DNA from: Gemmatimonadales bacterium
GTDB lineage: Bacteria; Gemmatimonadota; Gemmatimonadetes; Gemmatimonadales; GWC2-71-9
Assembly (NCBI GenBank): GCA_035763805.1
Contig: DASUAL010000039.1
Span: 20,465-84,464 of the forward strand
Direction of reading: 5' to 3'
Length of the DNA: 64,000 bases
Below are positions 36,900 to 46,993 of this stretch, in pieces. Position 1 is the stretch's first letter. Each line of letters opens with the position of its first letter. The notes under the pieces were generated by a model, which was not told the DNA's origin, made no database searches, and worked only from the letters and a program-made list of their open reading frames with translations. The position numbers and the translations under genes were made by a program.

Positions 36900-37890
36900 G
36901 AGTGAGCGCCTCGTCGACGATCCGCTGGATGAAGTCCTCGTAGCTCATCCCCGCCTTCTCGGCCGCGTTGGCCATCTCGTGCTCGTAGGCGATGAAGGGG
37001 TTGGGGTTCACTTCGAGCACATAGACTTCGTCGTGCGTCAACCGCAGGTCCACGCGCCCGTAGTCCTGGAGCCAGAGCGCATGGAACGCCGTCGTGCAGA
37101 TGTCCGCGATCTTCGCCGTCACGTCCTCGGACAGCCCTTTCGCGAACACATTCTTGATCTTCTTCCGCTTGCGGTAGTCCTCATCCCATTTCGCCTTGTA
37201 GGTCGCGATGCGGTGCTCCGAATCATCTGCCTCGCCGAACATCATCTCGATGATGGGGAGCACCTGCAGCCGCTCGTTGCCGAGCAGTCCGACGTACAGC
37301 TCCCGCCCCTCGATCAACTCCTCCACGATCGCCGCCTGGCGGAACTTTTCGTGGATGAACGTGACCCGCTGCACGAGGCCCTCATCGTCCTCCACGACCG
37401 ACGCCTGCGCGATGCCCACGGACGCGTCCTCGAGCAGCGGTTTCACGATGAGCGGGAACCGGAGCTCGGATGGACGGACCGGCTTCTCCCCCGGATGGAA
37501 CTCGGCGAACGCCGACACCCGGATCCCGTGAAAGGCGAGAACCTTCTTGGTGAGCGACTTGTTCCGCGCCAGGAGCAGCGCCGTCGGAGACGAACCGGTG
37601 TAACGGTACCCATGCATCTCGAGCACCGCCGCGAGCCCGTACTCGTGGCGCGCATGGCCACGAAAGGCCTCGCACCCGTTGAACACCAGCTTCGGCTGGA
37701 ACTTCGCGAGGCGCTCGAGCATCGGTGCGAGCTCTTCGCCGACCCCGACCATGAGTACGTCGTGCCCCCGCGCCACGAGTGCCCGCGCCACGTCGTACTC
37801 TGCCTCCCGCACCTTCGCGTCGACTTCCTTCTTGTAGTCGGCGTCTTCCCAGTCGGGGTGCGGGGAGTCGAACAGAACGGCGATCTTCAC
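36886..37890 (-). CDS. ATP-grasp ligase, D-alanine--D-alanine-ligase-like family
   Basis: GTG 37890 (in frame), SD GGGGAGG upstream. VKIAVLFDSP.., ARNKSLTKKVLAFHGIRV, FPLIVKPLLEDASVGI, IVEELIEGRELYVGLLGN, GRVDLRL..VYVLEVNPNP. Confidence 0.8.
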   Translation of the reverse strand: MKIAVLFDSPHPDWEDADYKKEVDAKVREAEYDVARALVARGHDVLMVGVGEELAPMLERLAKFQPKLVFNGCEAFRGHARHEYGLAAVLEMHGYRYTGSSPTALLLARNKSLTKKVLAFHGIRVSAFAEFHPGEKPVRPSELRFPLIVKPLLEDASVGIAQASVVEDDEGLVQRVTFIHEKFRQAAIVEELIEGRELYVGLLGNERLQVLPIIEMMFGEADDSEHRIATYKAKWDEDYRKRKKIKNVFAKGLSEDVTAKIADICTTAFHALWLQDYGRVDLRLTHDEVYVLEVNPNPFIAYEHEMANAAEKAGMSYEDFIQRIVDEALTRDHG

Positions 37891-37910
37891 CGCCCCGCAC
37901 CTCCCCGCCC

Positions 37911-38015
37911 AATGCGGAATGCGGAGTGCGGAATGCGGAATTGAAATGGGAGGTCGATCACCGAACGACGCCCGACCTGACATTCCGCCTTCCCCATTCC
38001 GCATTCCGCATTCAT
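37911..38015. repeat. inverted arrays of the heptamer AATGCGG (about 32-nt arms) with an inner hairpin; likely terminator/processing structure after the MFS stop
   Basis: Left arm: AATGCGG AATGCGG AGTGCGG AATGCGG AATTG (37911-37943). Right arm: CATTCCG CCTTCCC CATTCCG CATTCCG CATT (37981-38012), reverse complement AATGCGGAATGCGGAATGGGGAAGGCGGAATG, about 28/31 match. Inner stem AGGTCG 37951-56 / CGACCT 37973-78. The right arm abuts the MFS stop at 38012-14. Confidence 0.8.
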
Positions 38016-39514
38016 GCTCTCACCCGCGCCATATCTCTTGCCACCGTCGTCAGCCCGATCAGGATCACCAGCCCCCCCACCGCTCCCGCAGTCGGAAGCA
38101 GCAGCATCGCCGGCCGGAGCCCGAACCGGTCGGAGAGGTACCCGACCAAAGGGGGTGCAATGGCGTCACCCGCGAGATGCGAGAACAGCACGTAGGCGCC
38201 GAGTACGGAGGCGCGGACCGCGGCCGGCACCACGTCCAGAATCACCGCGGAGAGCGGTCCGTTGTACCAGGTGTACAGGAAGAACGTCGCGAACAGAAGA
38301 GGCACGAACAGCTGCAACTCGTCGACTAGGAGCAACGCGGCGCACACCGGCCCGCCCAGCACGAATCCCGCTCCGCTCACGACGACGCGACCCCCAGGCC
38401 ACCGCTGCAGCAGCCAGTCGCCGACCCGGCCGCCGAACAGCGCCCCGAGGGCGCCCCCCGCGAGCCCCCAGAGCCCGAACTGGCGCCCCACCACCGCCAC
38501 CGAGAGGCCGTGCGTGCGCTGCATGAAGCTCGGTGCCCACGCGATGAGCCCGTTGACCGCAAACGTCACGAGCGCTCCGCCCAGGAACATCCAGATGAGC
38601 GTGGGCGTGCGGAGCACCGTGGCCGCCGCGTGCAGGAACTCGCCGTACGCCGTCGCCGCCACTTCCGTCGCTTCCGTGGTGCGCTGCACCGCGGCGGGAA
38701 TGAGTCGCACGACCGTCCAGACGATCCCGGCCGTGAGAAAGACGGCGAACACCCCTGTCTCGACCTCCGGAGGCGCGCCGAGCAGGTCGAGCACGCCGCT
38801 CAGCAGGGCGCCCACGAGCGCGAGGAGGATCATCGGTCTGCCGAGCTCCAGGGCCTGCCGCACTCCCCGTTCGGTCCAGCTCCGCACCGTCGCCGCGAGT
38901 GGCGCGGGCGGACGCCGGCGCGGCTCGCGCAGCCGCGACGCCAGGATCGTCAGGATGAACCCCGGCACGCCCATCGCCACGAACGCCGTCCGCCAGCCAT
39001 AGCGCTCGGCCAACACACCGCCCAGCCAGATCCCGAGCACGCCGCCGAACGCCATACCCACCGAGTAGATCCCGATGGCGAATGCCCGCCGGCGTCCTTC
39101 GTAGAACTCGGCGATGAGCGCCTGCGCCGCGGGCCCGTACCCTGCCTCGCCCACGCCCACCAGGGCGCGGCAAAACAGCAGCTGCCAAAACCGGTTCACC
39201 ACGGCGCCCAGCGCGGTGAAGGCGCTCCACAGCCCGACGCCGAACGCGATCACCGCGCGGCGGGAGCGCAAGTCGCCGATCACGCCGAGTGGCAGCGCCG
39301 CGAGCGACAGCACGATGACGTAGGCCGAGCCGAGCCAGCCGAGCTGCTGGTCGGAGAGCACGAGCTCGCGCTTGATGTGCTCGAACAGCGCGAAGATGAC
39401 GTTGCGATCGGTGTAGTTGAGGATGTTGATCAGCGTGAGGAGGGCCAGGGCGTACGCCGCATACGCCCCGGCGCCGCTCCCCCCGCGGGCGGGGCTAGGG
39501 TCTACGCCCGACAG
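38012..39514 (-). CDS. MFS transporter; true start upstream of the track start, probably CTG 39514
   Basis: The track ORF starts at GTG 39361 (..[14 protein letters not shown]). The in-frame upstream 51 codons encode ..[35 protein letters not shown], which is TM1 plus the MFS D-R-x-x loop. No ATG/GTG/TTG lies between that and the upstream stop. Body motifs [10 protein letters not shown] and 11-12 TM segments. Confidence 0.7.
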   Translation of the reverse strand: MSGVDPSPARGGSGAGAYAAYALALLTLINILNYTDRNVIFALFEHIKRELVLSDQQLGWLGSAYVIVLSLAALPLGVIGDLRSRRAVIAFGVGLWSAFTALGAVVNRFWQLLFCRALVGVGEAGYGPAAQALIAEFYEGRRRAFAIGIYSVGMAFGGVLGIWLGGVLAERYGWRTAFVAMGVPGFILTILASRLREPRRRPPAPLAATVRSWTERGVRQALELGRPMILLALVGALLSGVLDLLGAPPEVETGVFAVFLTAGIVWTVVRLIPAAVQRTTEATEVAATAYGEFLHAAATVLRTPTLIWMFLGGALVTFAVNGLIAWAPSFMQRTHGLSVAVVGRQFGLWGLAGGALGALFGGRVGDWLLQRWPGGRVVVSGAGFVLGGPVCAALLLVDELQLFVPLLFATFFLYTWYNGPLSAVILDVVPAAVRASVLGAYVLFSHLAGDAIAPPLVGYLSDRFGLRPAMLLLPTAGAVGGLVILIGLTTVARDMARVRA

Positions 39515-40634
39515 ACGTCGCCTCCGCGCGCGCGTCGCGGTCCGCCTTCGCCTCCTGGTAAGCCTGGGTCAGCTCCCGCATCATCGCGTCGCGACGGTGA
39601 TACAGGCGCTTCAGCCGACGCGGTTTGTGCTTCGCCAGTGCGTACGCGGCGAGGATCGGGAAGGCCACGGTGTTGTCGAGGTAGCACACCACGGTGTCGG
39701 GCAGCTTGTCCGGGTCCACCTTCCCCCAGCTCACCGCTTCGGCGGGCGTCGCCCCGGACAGGCCGCCCGTGTCGGGCCGGGCGTCGGTGATCTGGAGGTA
39801 GTAGTCGTGCCCCTTCTCGCTGATGCCGAGCACCTCCTGGATTTGCGGCTCGGTCTGGAGCACGAAGTTCTTCGGGCTGCCGCCCCCGATGATCAGCACG
39901 GCACTCTTGCCGCCGTGGGTCTTGGCGTCGAACACGATCGCGGAGGTCTCGTTCACGTCGGCGCTCACGTCGAACCGCAACTTCGACCCCGTCAGCGCCT
40001 GCTCGGCGACGTTCATGCCGATCGAGGAGTCGCCGGGGGACGAGGTATAGATCGGGACGCCGCACTCGTGCGCCACGCCGAGCACCGACTTGCGCGACAG
40101 GCCCAAGGCCTTCTCGCGCTCGCCGACGTAGCCGCCGAGCAGGTAGTGATACTCGGCGGTGCTCATCGGCCGCTGGAACTCGGGCGCCGACGACACCTCA
40201 CGGACGTACGCGTCGGTCGAGAGCAGCACCTCATAGTCGAAAAAAATGTCGTAGATGCGGACCACGCCCTCCTCGCGCAGCTCGACGTCGTTCGCGAACG
40301 GCGTGCCCCGGTGCATCGACAGTCCCAGACCGAAGTGCGCGTCGTGATACAGATTGGCGCCGGTCGACACGATCCAGTCAATGAAGCCCGCCTCGATGAG
40401 TGGATTGATCGTCGACATGCCGAGCCCCGCTGGCGTCATGGCGCCGGTCAGGCTCATCCCCACCGTGACGTCGTCCTCGAGCATCCGCTGGGCGAACAGC
40501 CGGCAGCCCTCGGCGAGCCGGCCGGCGTTATACGCGAGGAACGCATTGTCCACCAGCTCGGCGACGGACTCGCGGTCCGTGATCGGCCGGGGATCGATGC
40601 GTTGCCCGCGCAGGAGGTCCTTGCGTGTCGTCAT
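39495..40634 (-). CDS. deoxyhypusine synthase family protein (bacterial DHS-like / homospermidine-synthase-like)
   Basis: [62 protein letters not shown]. Confidence 0.85.
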   Translation of the reverse strand: MTTRKDLLRGQRIDPRPITDRESVAELVDNAFLAYNAGRLAEGCRLFAQRMLEDDVTVGMSLTGAMTPAGLGMSTINPLIEAGFIDWIVSTGANLYHDAHFGLGLSMHRGTPFANDVELREEGVVRIYDIFFDYEVLLSTDAYVREVSSAPEFQRPMSTAEYHYLLGGYVGEREKALGLSRKSVLGVAHECGVPIYTSSPGDSSIGMNVAEQALTGSKLRFDVSADVNETSAIVFDAKTHGGKSAVLIIGGGSPKNFVLQTEPQIQEVLGISEKGHDYYLQITDARPDTGGLSGATPAEAVSWGKVDPDKLPDTVVCYLDNTVAFPILAAYALAKHKPRRLKRLYHRRDAMMRELTQAYQEAKADRDARAEATSVGRRP

Positions 40635-40638
40635 GGTC

Positions 40639-41388
40639 TCACGTGTCTGGCTCGGCGATGGCCGGGAGCTCCTTGGCGCGGCGCTCCCGTGCCTCCCGGA
40701 TGATCGCGACCGCCTCGCGCGGGTGGTCGGTGATGTGGAGCAGGTCCAGGTCCGTCGTGGCGATCTTCCCCTCCCCCGCCACCCGCTCGCGCAGCCAGTC
40801 GACCATCCCCTGCCAGTACTCGCTGCCGAACAGGATCACGGGAAAGTGGCGGACCTTGCCGGTCTGGATCAGGGTCAGCGCCTCAAACAGCTCGTCCATC
40901 GTGCCGTAGCCGCCGGGGAAGACGACGAAGGCCGTCGAGTATTTCACGAACATCGTCTTGCGCACGAAGAAATAGCGGAAATTGATCGCCCGCTCGACGT
41001 AGGAGTTCAGCCCCTGCTCGAACGGGAGCTCGATGTTGCAGCCGATCGAGAGCCCGTTCCCCTCCTGACAGCCGCGATTCGCGGCCTCCATGATGCCTGG
41101 GCCGCCCCCGGTGATGATGGGAAACCCCTCCCGCGCGAGCATCCGCCCCGTCTCCACCGCCTTTTCGTAGAACGGATCGTCGGGCGGCGTGCGAGCGGAC
41201 CCGAAGACCGTCACCGCGTTGTACACGTCCGACAGGGTGTCGAACCCCTCGACGAACTCCCCCATGATGCGGAGCACGCGCCACGAGTCGGTCTTGACGA
41301 ACGGCCGCCGTTCGCGGGGGACCTGCGTGAGGAACTGTTCGTCCTCAGTGACTGCTTTGTGATGCGAGTCGCTCAAGCGCTGCGACAT
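40639..41388 (-). CDS. LOG family protein (TIGR00730-type Rossmann fold nucleotide N-glycosidase)
   Basis: ATG 41388 (codon 15 of the track ORF). [44 protein letters not shown]. Confidence 0.85.
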   Translation of the reverse strand: MSQRLSDSHHKAVTEDEQFLTQVPRERRPFVKTDSWRVLRIMGEFVEGFDTLSDVYNAVTVFGSARTPPDDPFYEKAVETGRMLAREGFPIITGGGPGIMEAANRGCQEGNGLSIGCNIELPFEQGLNSYVERAINFRYFFVRKTMFVKYSTAFVVFPGGYGTMDELFEALTLIQTGKVRHFPVILFGSEYWQGMVDWLRERVAGEGKIATTDLDLLHITDHPREAVAIIREARERRAKELPAIAEPDT

Positions 41389-42526
41389 GGTCGTCCTGGA
41401 TGTTATAGAAGAAGGGAGAGAGGCGGACATGCCCCGGCCGCGCGTCCGCGATGATCCCGGCCGCCGCGAGGTGGCGCACCACCGCCGCAGGATCCTCGGC
41501 CGGGACCATCACGATCGCGGAGCGGTCGTCCGCACGGGGCGCTACCTTGGGCTCGAACCCGAGGCCCCGGGCGCGCGCGATCAGGTCTTCGGTGAGCTCC
41601 GCCGTGACCTCCCGGATCGCCGGCACGCCGATCTCCTCGATGTACCCGAGGCCGCCGAGCTGCGCATAGATCGCGGCGACGGACGGGGTGCCCAGCTCGT
41701 AGCGCCGCGCATCGTCGTGCAGGTCGAGCACGCGCGGCTCGAAGGCGAACTGGTCCTTGTGCCCAAACCAGCCCGCGATGCCCGGCGCGAGCCGGCGCGC
41801 GAGCGCCTCCCGCACGTAGAGGAACGCGATCCCCGGGCCGCCGAGCAGCCACTTCAGACCACCCGCGGTGAGGAAGTCGACGCCCGTGGCCTGCACGTCG
41901 AGCGTGACCTGCCCCACCGACTGGTAGGCGTCCACCAGGCAGAGGGCGCCCTGCGCGTGCGCCGCGTCCGCCACCGCGCGGATGTCCTGGATCGCGCCGC
42001 TCGTGAAGTACACGTGCGACGTCGCGACCAGCGCCGTCCGGTCGTCCACCGCCCGCGCGATCGCCTCGACGGGCACGGAGATCTGGTCGGGGCTTTCCAC
42101 CACCACGACCTCGACGCCCCGCAGCCGCTTCGCCAGCCACTGATAGGCGACCGTGGGAAAGTCCAGCGAGGTGACGACGACCTTCGGTCTCCGGCCGTAG
42201 TCGAGCGCCTCGGCGACCGCCGACAGCGCCACCGAGATGCTCGGGGCGAGCGCGATCTCCGCCGGGGCTGCCCCGATCACTCGGCCATAGCGTTCGCGCA
42301 GCTCGGCGAGCGCAGCCCACCACACGTCGTACCACGCGGACGCGCCCCGCGCCTGCCATAGCTCCAGAAACTCCGCCACCTTGATACGTGTGCGCTGCCC
42401 CAGGGCGCCGAGGGAGCAGGTGTTCAGATAGATCTGGTCCCGAAAGATCGGAAATTCGCTCCGATAGCCCGCGAGAGGGTGAGGCCCGGCCCGAGGGCCG
42501 GTTTGCAGGCCGCTTGCCAGCGTCAT
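41345..42526 (-). CDS. class V aminotransferase-fold PLP-dependent enzyme
   Basis: FRDQIYLNTCSLGAL.., TSHVYFTSG, LVDAYQSVG, FLTAGGLKWLLGGPG (PLP Lys region). Confidence 0.8.
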   Translation of the reverse strand: MTLASGLQTGPRAGPHPLAGYRSEFPIFRDQIYLNTCSLGALGQRTRIKVAEFLELWQARGASAWYDVWWAALAELRERYGRVIGAAPAEIALAPSISVALSAVAEALDYGRRPKVVVTSLDFPTVAYQWLAKRLRGVEVVVVESPDQISVPVEAIARAVDDRTALVATSHVYFTSGAIQDIRAVADAAHAQGALCLVDAYQSVGQVTLDVQATGVDFLTAGGLKWLLGGPGIAFLYVREALARRLAPGIAGWFGHKDQFAFEPRVLDLHDDARRYELGTPSVAAIYAQLGGLGYIEEIGVPAIREVTAELTEDLIARARGLGFEPKVAPRADDRSAIVMVPAEDPAAVVRHLAAAGIIADARPGHVRLSPFFYNIQDDHVAALERLASQSSH

Positions 42527-42593
42527 AGGCGGTCAATATACAGAATACAGAAGGAAAAGCGCGCTTGACACGTCCCAAAGTACATTCCATCGC

Positions 42594-42856
42594 ATGCAGG
42601 CTTCCGTCGGCTGGCCCGCTCTGTTCGCGCGGCTCACACTTCGAGCCCTCGTGAACCCACGGGTCGCGCTCGACCTCGCGCGCCTGACGTGGAGTTTCCG
42701 GGCTCGCGACTGGTACCGCCGACCGCCGTTCCTGCCCCTGCCGCCGCGCGACTACATGCGCTGGCGGATGTTCACCGCGTACGGCGACGAAGGTGCCGTG
42801 CCCCCTGTCGAGGACGTGATCAACTTCGCCCGCTGGCGCCGAGAAACCATGCATCT

Positions 42857-42860
<4 letters not shown>
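42594..42860 (+). CDS. small hypothetical protein (88 aa), ATGA-coupled to queG
   Basis: Track ORF. Trp/Arg-rich (..RRPPFLPLPPRDYMRWRMFTAYG..). Its TGA overlaps the queG ATG. Confidence 0.45.
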
Positions 42861-43833
<973 letters not shown>

Positions 43834-43837
<4 letters not shown>

Positions 43838-44124
43838 GCGAGACGATCCCCGGTGCGCGCAGCGAACAGATCAACGAGATCCAGCGGCGGCTGGCGGACG
43901 GCCTCGGGAAGATCGACCCCCACCACCGGCTGCTGGGACGCCCCATCGCCTACCGCATCATCGACGGGACGACGCTGGAGATCACATACCGGGACGTGCC
44001 GGGGATCGCCGAAGCCGAGGTGCTCGGCGTGAAGCGGCTGATCGGTGTCGAATGCTTCTGCACGGTGTCGCCGCAAACGGCGGAGTGCGTCACCGTGCGG
44101 TTCATCGTGTCGCTGAGACAGTGA
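43834..44124 (+). CDS. small hypothetical protein (96 aa), ATGA-coupled to the queG stop
   Basis: ATG 43834, in frame with the C-terminal part of track ORF 43003..44124 (MSETIPGARSEQINEIQRRL..). No family recognised. Confidence 0.5.
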
Positions 44125-44150
44125 GCCCGCCACCCACTCTAGGAGGCCCC

Positions 44151-44555
44151 ATGGCGGAGCGCGTCACGGGCATCGGCGGAGTGTTTTTCAAGGCCAGGGA
44201 CAAGGAGAAGCTGCTGGCCTGGTACCGCGACCGGCTCGGCATCGACGTCCAGGGCTGGGGCGGCGCGACGTTCTCGTGGCGCGACGCGCAGGACGGCGCC
44301 CGCCGCAGGCACACCGTCTGGAGCGTGTTCAGGCACGACGCCGACTATTTCGACCCCTCCTCCGCCCCGTTCATGATCAACTACCGCGTCGCGAACCTCG
44401 ACCGGATGCTCGCGCAACTGCGGGCCGCGGGCTGCCAGGTGGACGACCACATCGAGGAGTCGGAGTACGGGCGGTTCGGGTGGGTGATGGATCCGGAGGG
44501 GAACCGGGTCGAACTGTGGGAACCGCCCGAGACGGGACCACTGGGGACACAGTGA
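44151..44555 (+). CDS. VOC (glyoxalase/bleomycin-resistance) family protein
   Basis: ATG 44151 preceded by AGGAGG (44141-46). GIGGVFFKARD..YRDRLG..FGWVMDPEGNRVELWEP. Confidence 0.8.
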   Translation: MAERVTGIGGVFFKARDKEKLLAWYRDRLGIDVQGWGGATFSWRDAQDGARRRHTVWSVFRHDADYFDPSSAPFMINYRVANLDRMLAQLRAAGCQVDDHIEESEYGRFGWVMDPEGNRVELWEPPETGPLGTQ

Positions 44556-44589
44556 ATAGGCAGCAGAGCCCGAGGGCTTGCCACGACTG

Positions 44590-44648
44590 GACGCACAGGC
44601 GCGCAGCGGTGAACAGTGAGGTGTTTCCTGCGCTGCGCACTGTGCGTC
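44590..44648. other. long GC-rich hairpin (about 17 bp) between convergent genes; no U-tract
   Basis: GACGCACAG-GC-GCGCAGCG (44590-44608), 22-nt loop, CGCTGCGC-A-CTGTGCGTC (44631-44648). Confidence 0.4.
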
Positions 44649-44658
44649 TCTCCGCAGC

Positions 44659-45543
44659 CTATCCTGCTCTCTCCAGGTTGATTACCGGTAACTCCGGCGG
44701 GTTGCCCCATCTGATCGCGATCGGCGCCGTCCCCACTCCCGCCGACACGTACAACCACGTGTCGCCTACCCGTTTCAGGCCCTGCAGGTAGCGGCTACCG
44801 AACTGCGACGGCACCGTGAGCGGGCCGACCAGCGGGATATGCAACTGTCCGTTGTGCGTGTGCCCGGACAACATCACGTCCACACGCAAACCGGCAGGCA
44901 GGTACTCGATCAAATCGGGGTTGTGGGAGATGAGCACGCGCGGAACGTCGGGCCGGACCCCGCCGAGCGCTTCGTCGAGGCGGATGGCGCCGTGAGTGAA
45001 ATCGTCCACCCCGGCGACCGCAAGCGCCGCCGACTTGCGCCACAGCATCCGGCGCTGGTTCACGAGCATGGTGACGCCCGCGCGCTCGACCGCGGCGGCG
45101 ACGGCCTCGGCTCCGACCCAATGGTCGTGGTTGCCGAGCACCGCGACCACGCCGTCCGGCGCCCGGAACCGCGCGAGCACAGGTTCGAGCCCCTCGAGAT
45201 CGCTCCGCGCGTGGGACACGAAGTCGCCGCCCAGCACCACGAGATCGGGCTCGAGCGCGGCCGCGCGCTCGGCGACGCGCTCGAGCCACGCGGCAGGGAC
45301 GACCGGACCGTGGTGCAGATCGGCGACGAGGGCGATGCGGTAGCCGGCGAACTCCAGGGGGAGACCGCGGATCGGGACCGCGACTTCAGGCGTCTCGAGC
45401 CGGGCGCGATCCCAGCGCACGAACGGCGCGGCCAGCCGCTCCACGACCCAGCCAATGGGCAGCTTGACGAGCCGTGCCGCTATCGGGGGGCGCCGTTCCC
45501 GGCCGGGCGGGTACCGCCGCGGATGGAGGAGCGGCCCGATCAC
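44659..45543 (-). CDS. metallophosphoesterase
   Basis: VADLHHG, VLGGDF, LGNHDHW, SHNPD, SGHTHNGQ. Confidence 0.85.
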   Translation of the reverse strand: MIGPLLHPRRYPPGRERRPPIAARLVKLPIGWVVERLAAPFVRWDRARLETPEVAVPIRGLPLEFAGYRIALVADLHHGPVVPAAWLERVAERAAALEPDLVVLGGDFVSHARSDLEGLEPVLARFRAPDGVVAVLGNHDHWVGAEAVAAAVERAGVTMLVNQRRMLWRKSAALAVAGVDDFTHGAIRLDEALGGVRPDVPRVLISHNPDLIEYLPAGLRVDVMLSGHTHNGQLHIPLVGPLTVPSQFGSRYLQGLKRVGDTWLYVSAGVGTAPIAIRWGNPPELPVINLERAG

Positions 45544-45562
45544 CGCGTGCCGCCCACTAGGG

Positions 45563-46993
45563 TTACGCCCAGATGATCACCGCGATCGTAATCACCCCTG
45601 CGCCCGTTATGTCCAACCACACTCCCGCCCGAGCCATCTCCCCGGCAGTGACCGCGCCCGTCCCGTAGGCGAGCGCGTTCGGCGGTGTGCCAACGGGCAG
45701 CATGAAACCGAGGGCCGACCCCAGCGCCGCCGCGGCCATGAGCCCGACGGGCGGGAGTCCGAGCGCCGGGGCGAGCGAGGCGGCGAGCGGCATCCCCATC
45801 GCGGCCGTCGCCGTGTTCGACGTGAGCTCCGTCAGGAGGACGAAGAACAGCGCGACCGCGCCCGTCGCGGCGATCGTCGGCGCTCCGCGCAGGATCTCCA
45901 GCCGCCCGGCGAGCCAGGCCGCGAGGCCGCTGGCTTCGAACCCCGTCGCGAGCGCCAGCCCGCCACCGAACAGGATCAGCACGTCCCAGGGGATCCGCCG
46001 GGCGGCCTCCCAGTCGAGCGCGAACCGCCGCTCCACGAGAGACACCGGGATCGCGAACAAGAGGAGCGCAGCGGCGATCGCGATCCCAGCGTCGGAAGTC
46101 GCGGACAGCACGGTCGTGAGTCCCGGAAACACGACGCTCCCGAGCGTCTTGGGCTCACGGAACACCCAGCACAGCGCCGTGACCGCCAGTACGACCACGG
46201 TCGTCCGCTCGCCAGCGCTCCACGGTCCCAGCGCCGCGCGCTCCCGCGCCACCAGCTCCGCCACACCGCCGAGCGGTCCGCGGACGGAGAACATGACGCG
46301 CACGAGCAGCACCCAGCAAACGGCGAGCATGACACCCGACACGGGGACGCCGATCCCCATCCACTCGGCGAAGCCCACCGGGCGGCCGGCGAGGCTCTTC
46401 GCCGCCGCCGCGAAGATGGCGGTGGGGGGGGTCCCGATCAGGGTCGCAACGCCGCCGATTGAGGCGGCGTAGGCCATGCCGAGGACGAGCGCTGTGCCGA
46501 ACGCTTTCGCGCGCTCGGGCGCCTCACGCCGCGCCAGCGCGACCAACGCCACCGTGATCGGGAGCATCATCGCAGCGGTCGCCGTGTTCGAGATCCACAT
46601 ACTGACGAGCGCCGTCGCGAGCATGACGGCGAGCACCACGCGCGACGCCTCCGTGCCTACCAACGCGATGACCGCGAACGCGAGCCGCCTGTGCAGCCCC
46701 CAGCGCTCGCTCGCAGCCGCGAGGAAGAACCCACCCATGAACAGGAACACGATCGGGTCGGCGTAGCGGCGCGACACCTCCTCCACCGAGCTTACGCCGG
46801 CGAAGGGGAGAAACACGAGCGGTAGCAACGCCGTGGCGGCGAGGGGCACGGCACCGGTGAGCCACCACGCGACCATCCACACAGCGAGCGCCGCGACGCG
46901 TCGCGCCGGCTCCGCCATCCCGGCCGGCCCCACGAGCACGACGATGAGGTAGAGGAGCGGCCCCGCCGCCAGCGGGGCCCAGCGTCGGATCAC
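45563..46993 (-). CDS. DASS/SLC13-family anion:sodium symporter
   Basis: GTG 46993 overlaps the M20 stop (GTGA), in frame with track ORF. Paired hairpin motifs WISNTATAAMMLPI and LTSNTATAAMGMPL. About 12 TM segments. Confidence 0.85.
   Translation of the reverse strand: MIRRWAPLAAGPLLYLIVVLVGPAGMAEPARRVAALAVWMVAWWLTGAVPLAATALLPLVFLPFAGVSSVEEVSRRYADPIVFLFMGGFFLAAASERWGLHRRLAFAVIALVGTEASRVVLAVMLATALVSMWISNTATAAMMLPITVALVALARREAPERAKAFGTALVLGMAYAASIGGVATLIGTPPTAIFAAAAKSLAGRPVGFAEWMGIGVPVSGVMLAVCWVLLVRVMFSVRGPLGGVAELVARERAALGPWSAGERTTVVVLAVTALCWVFREPKTLGSVVFPGLTTVLSATSDAGIAIAAALLLFAIPVSLVERRFALDWEAARRIPWDVLILFGGGLALATGFEASGLAAWLAGRLEILRGAPTIAATGAVALFFVLLTELTSNTATAAMGMPLAASLAPALGLPPVGLMAAAALGSALGFMLPVGTPPNALAYGTGAVTAGEMARAGVWLDITGAGVITIAVIIWA

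Noticed and set aside
37911-38015. Heptamer repeat region as a CRISPR array or coding low-complexity protein (track ORFs 37779..38195 and 37919..38329).
   Set aside because: Units are 7 nt with no spacers and occur as two inverted arrays. The overlapping ORFs are translation artefacts of the repeat.
42565-42586. Consensus TTGACA (42565-70) as the -35 box for the small ORF/queG unit.
   Set aside because: The only decent -10-like hexamer (TACATT 42581-86) is 10 nt away, and hexamers at 16-18 nt spacing are poor. The promoter is not supportable from sequence alone.
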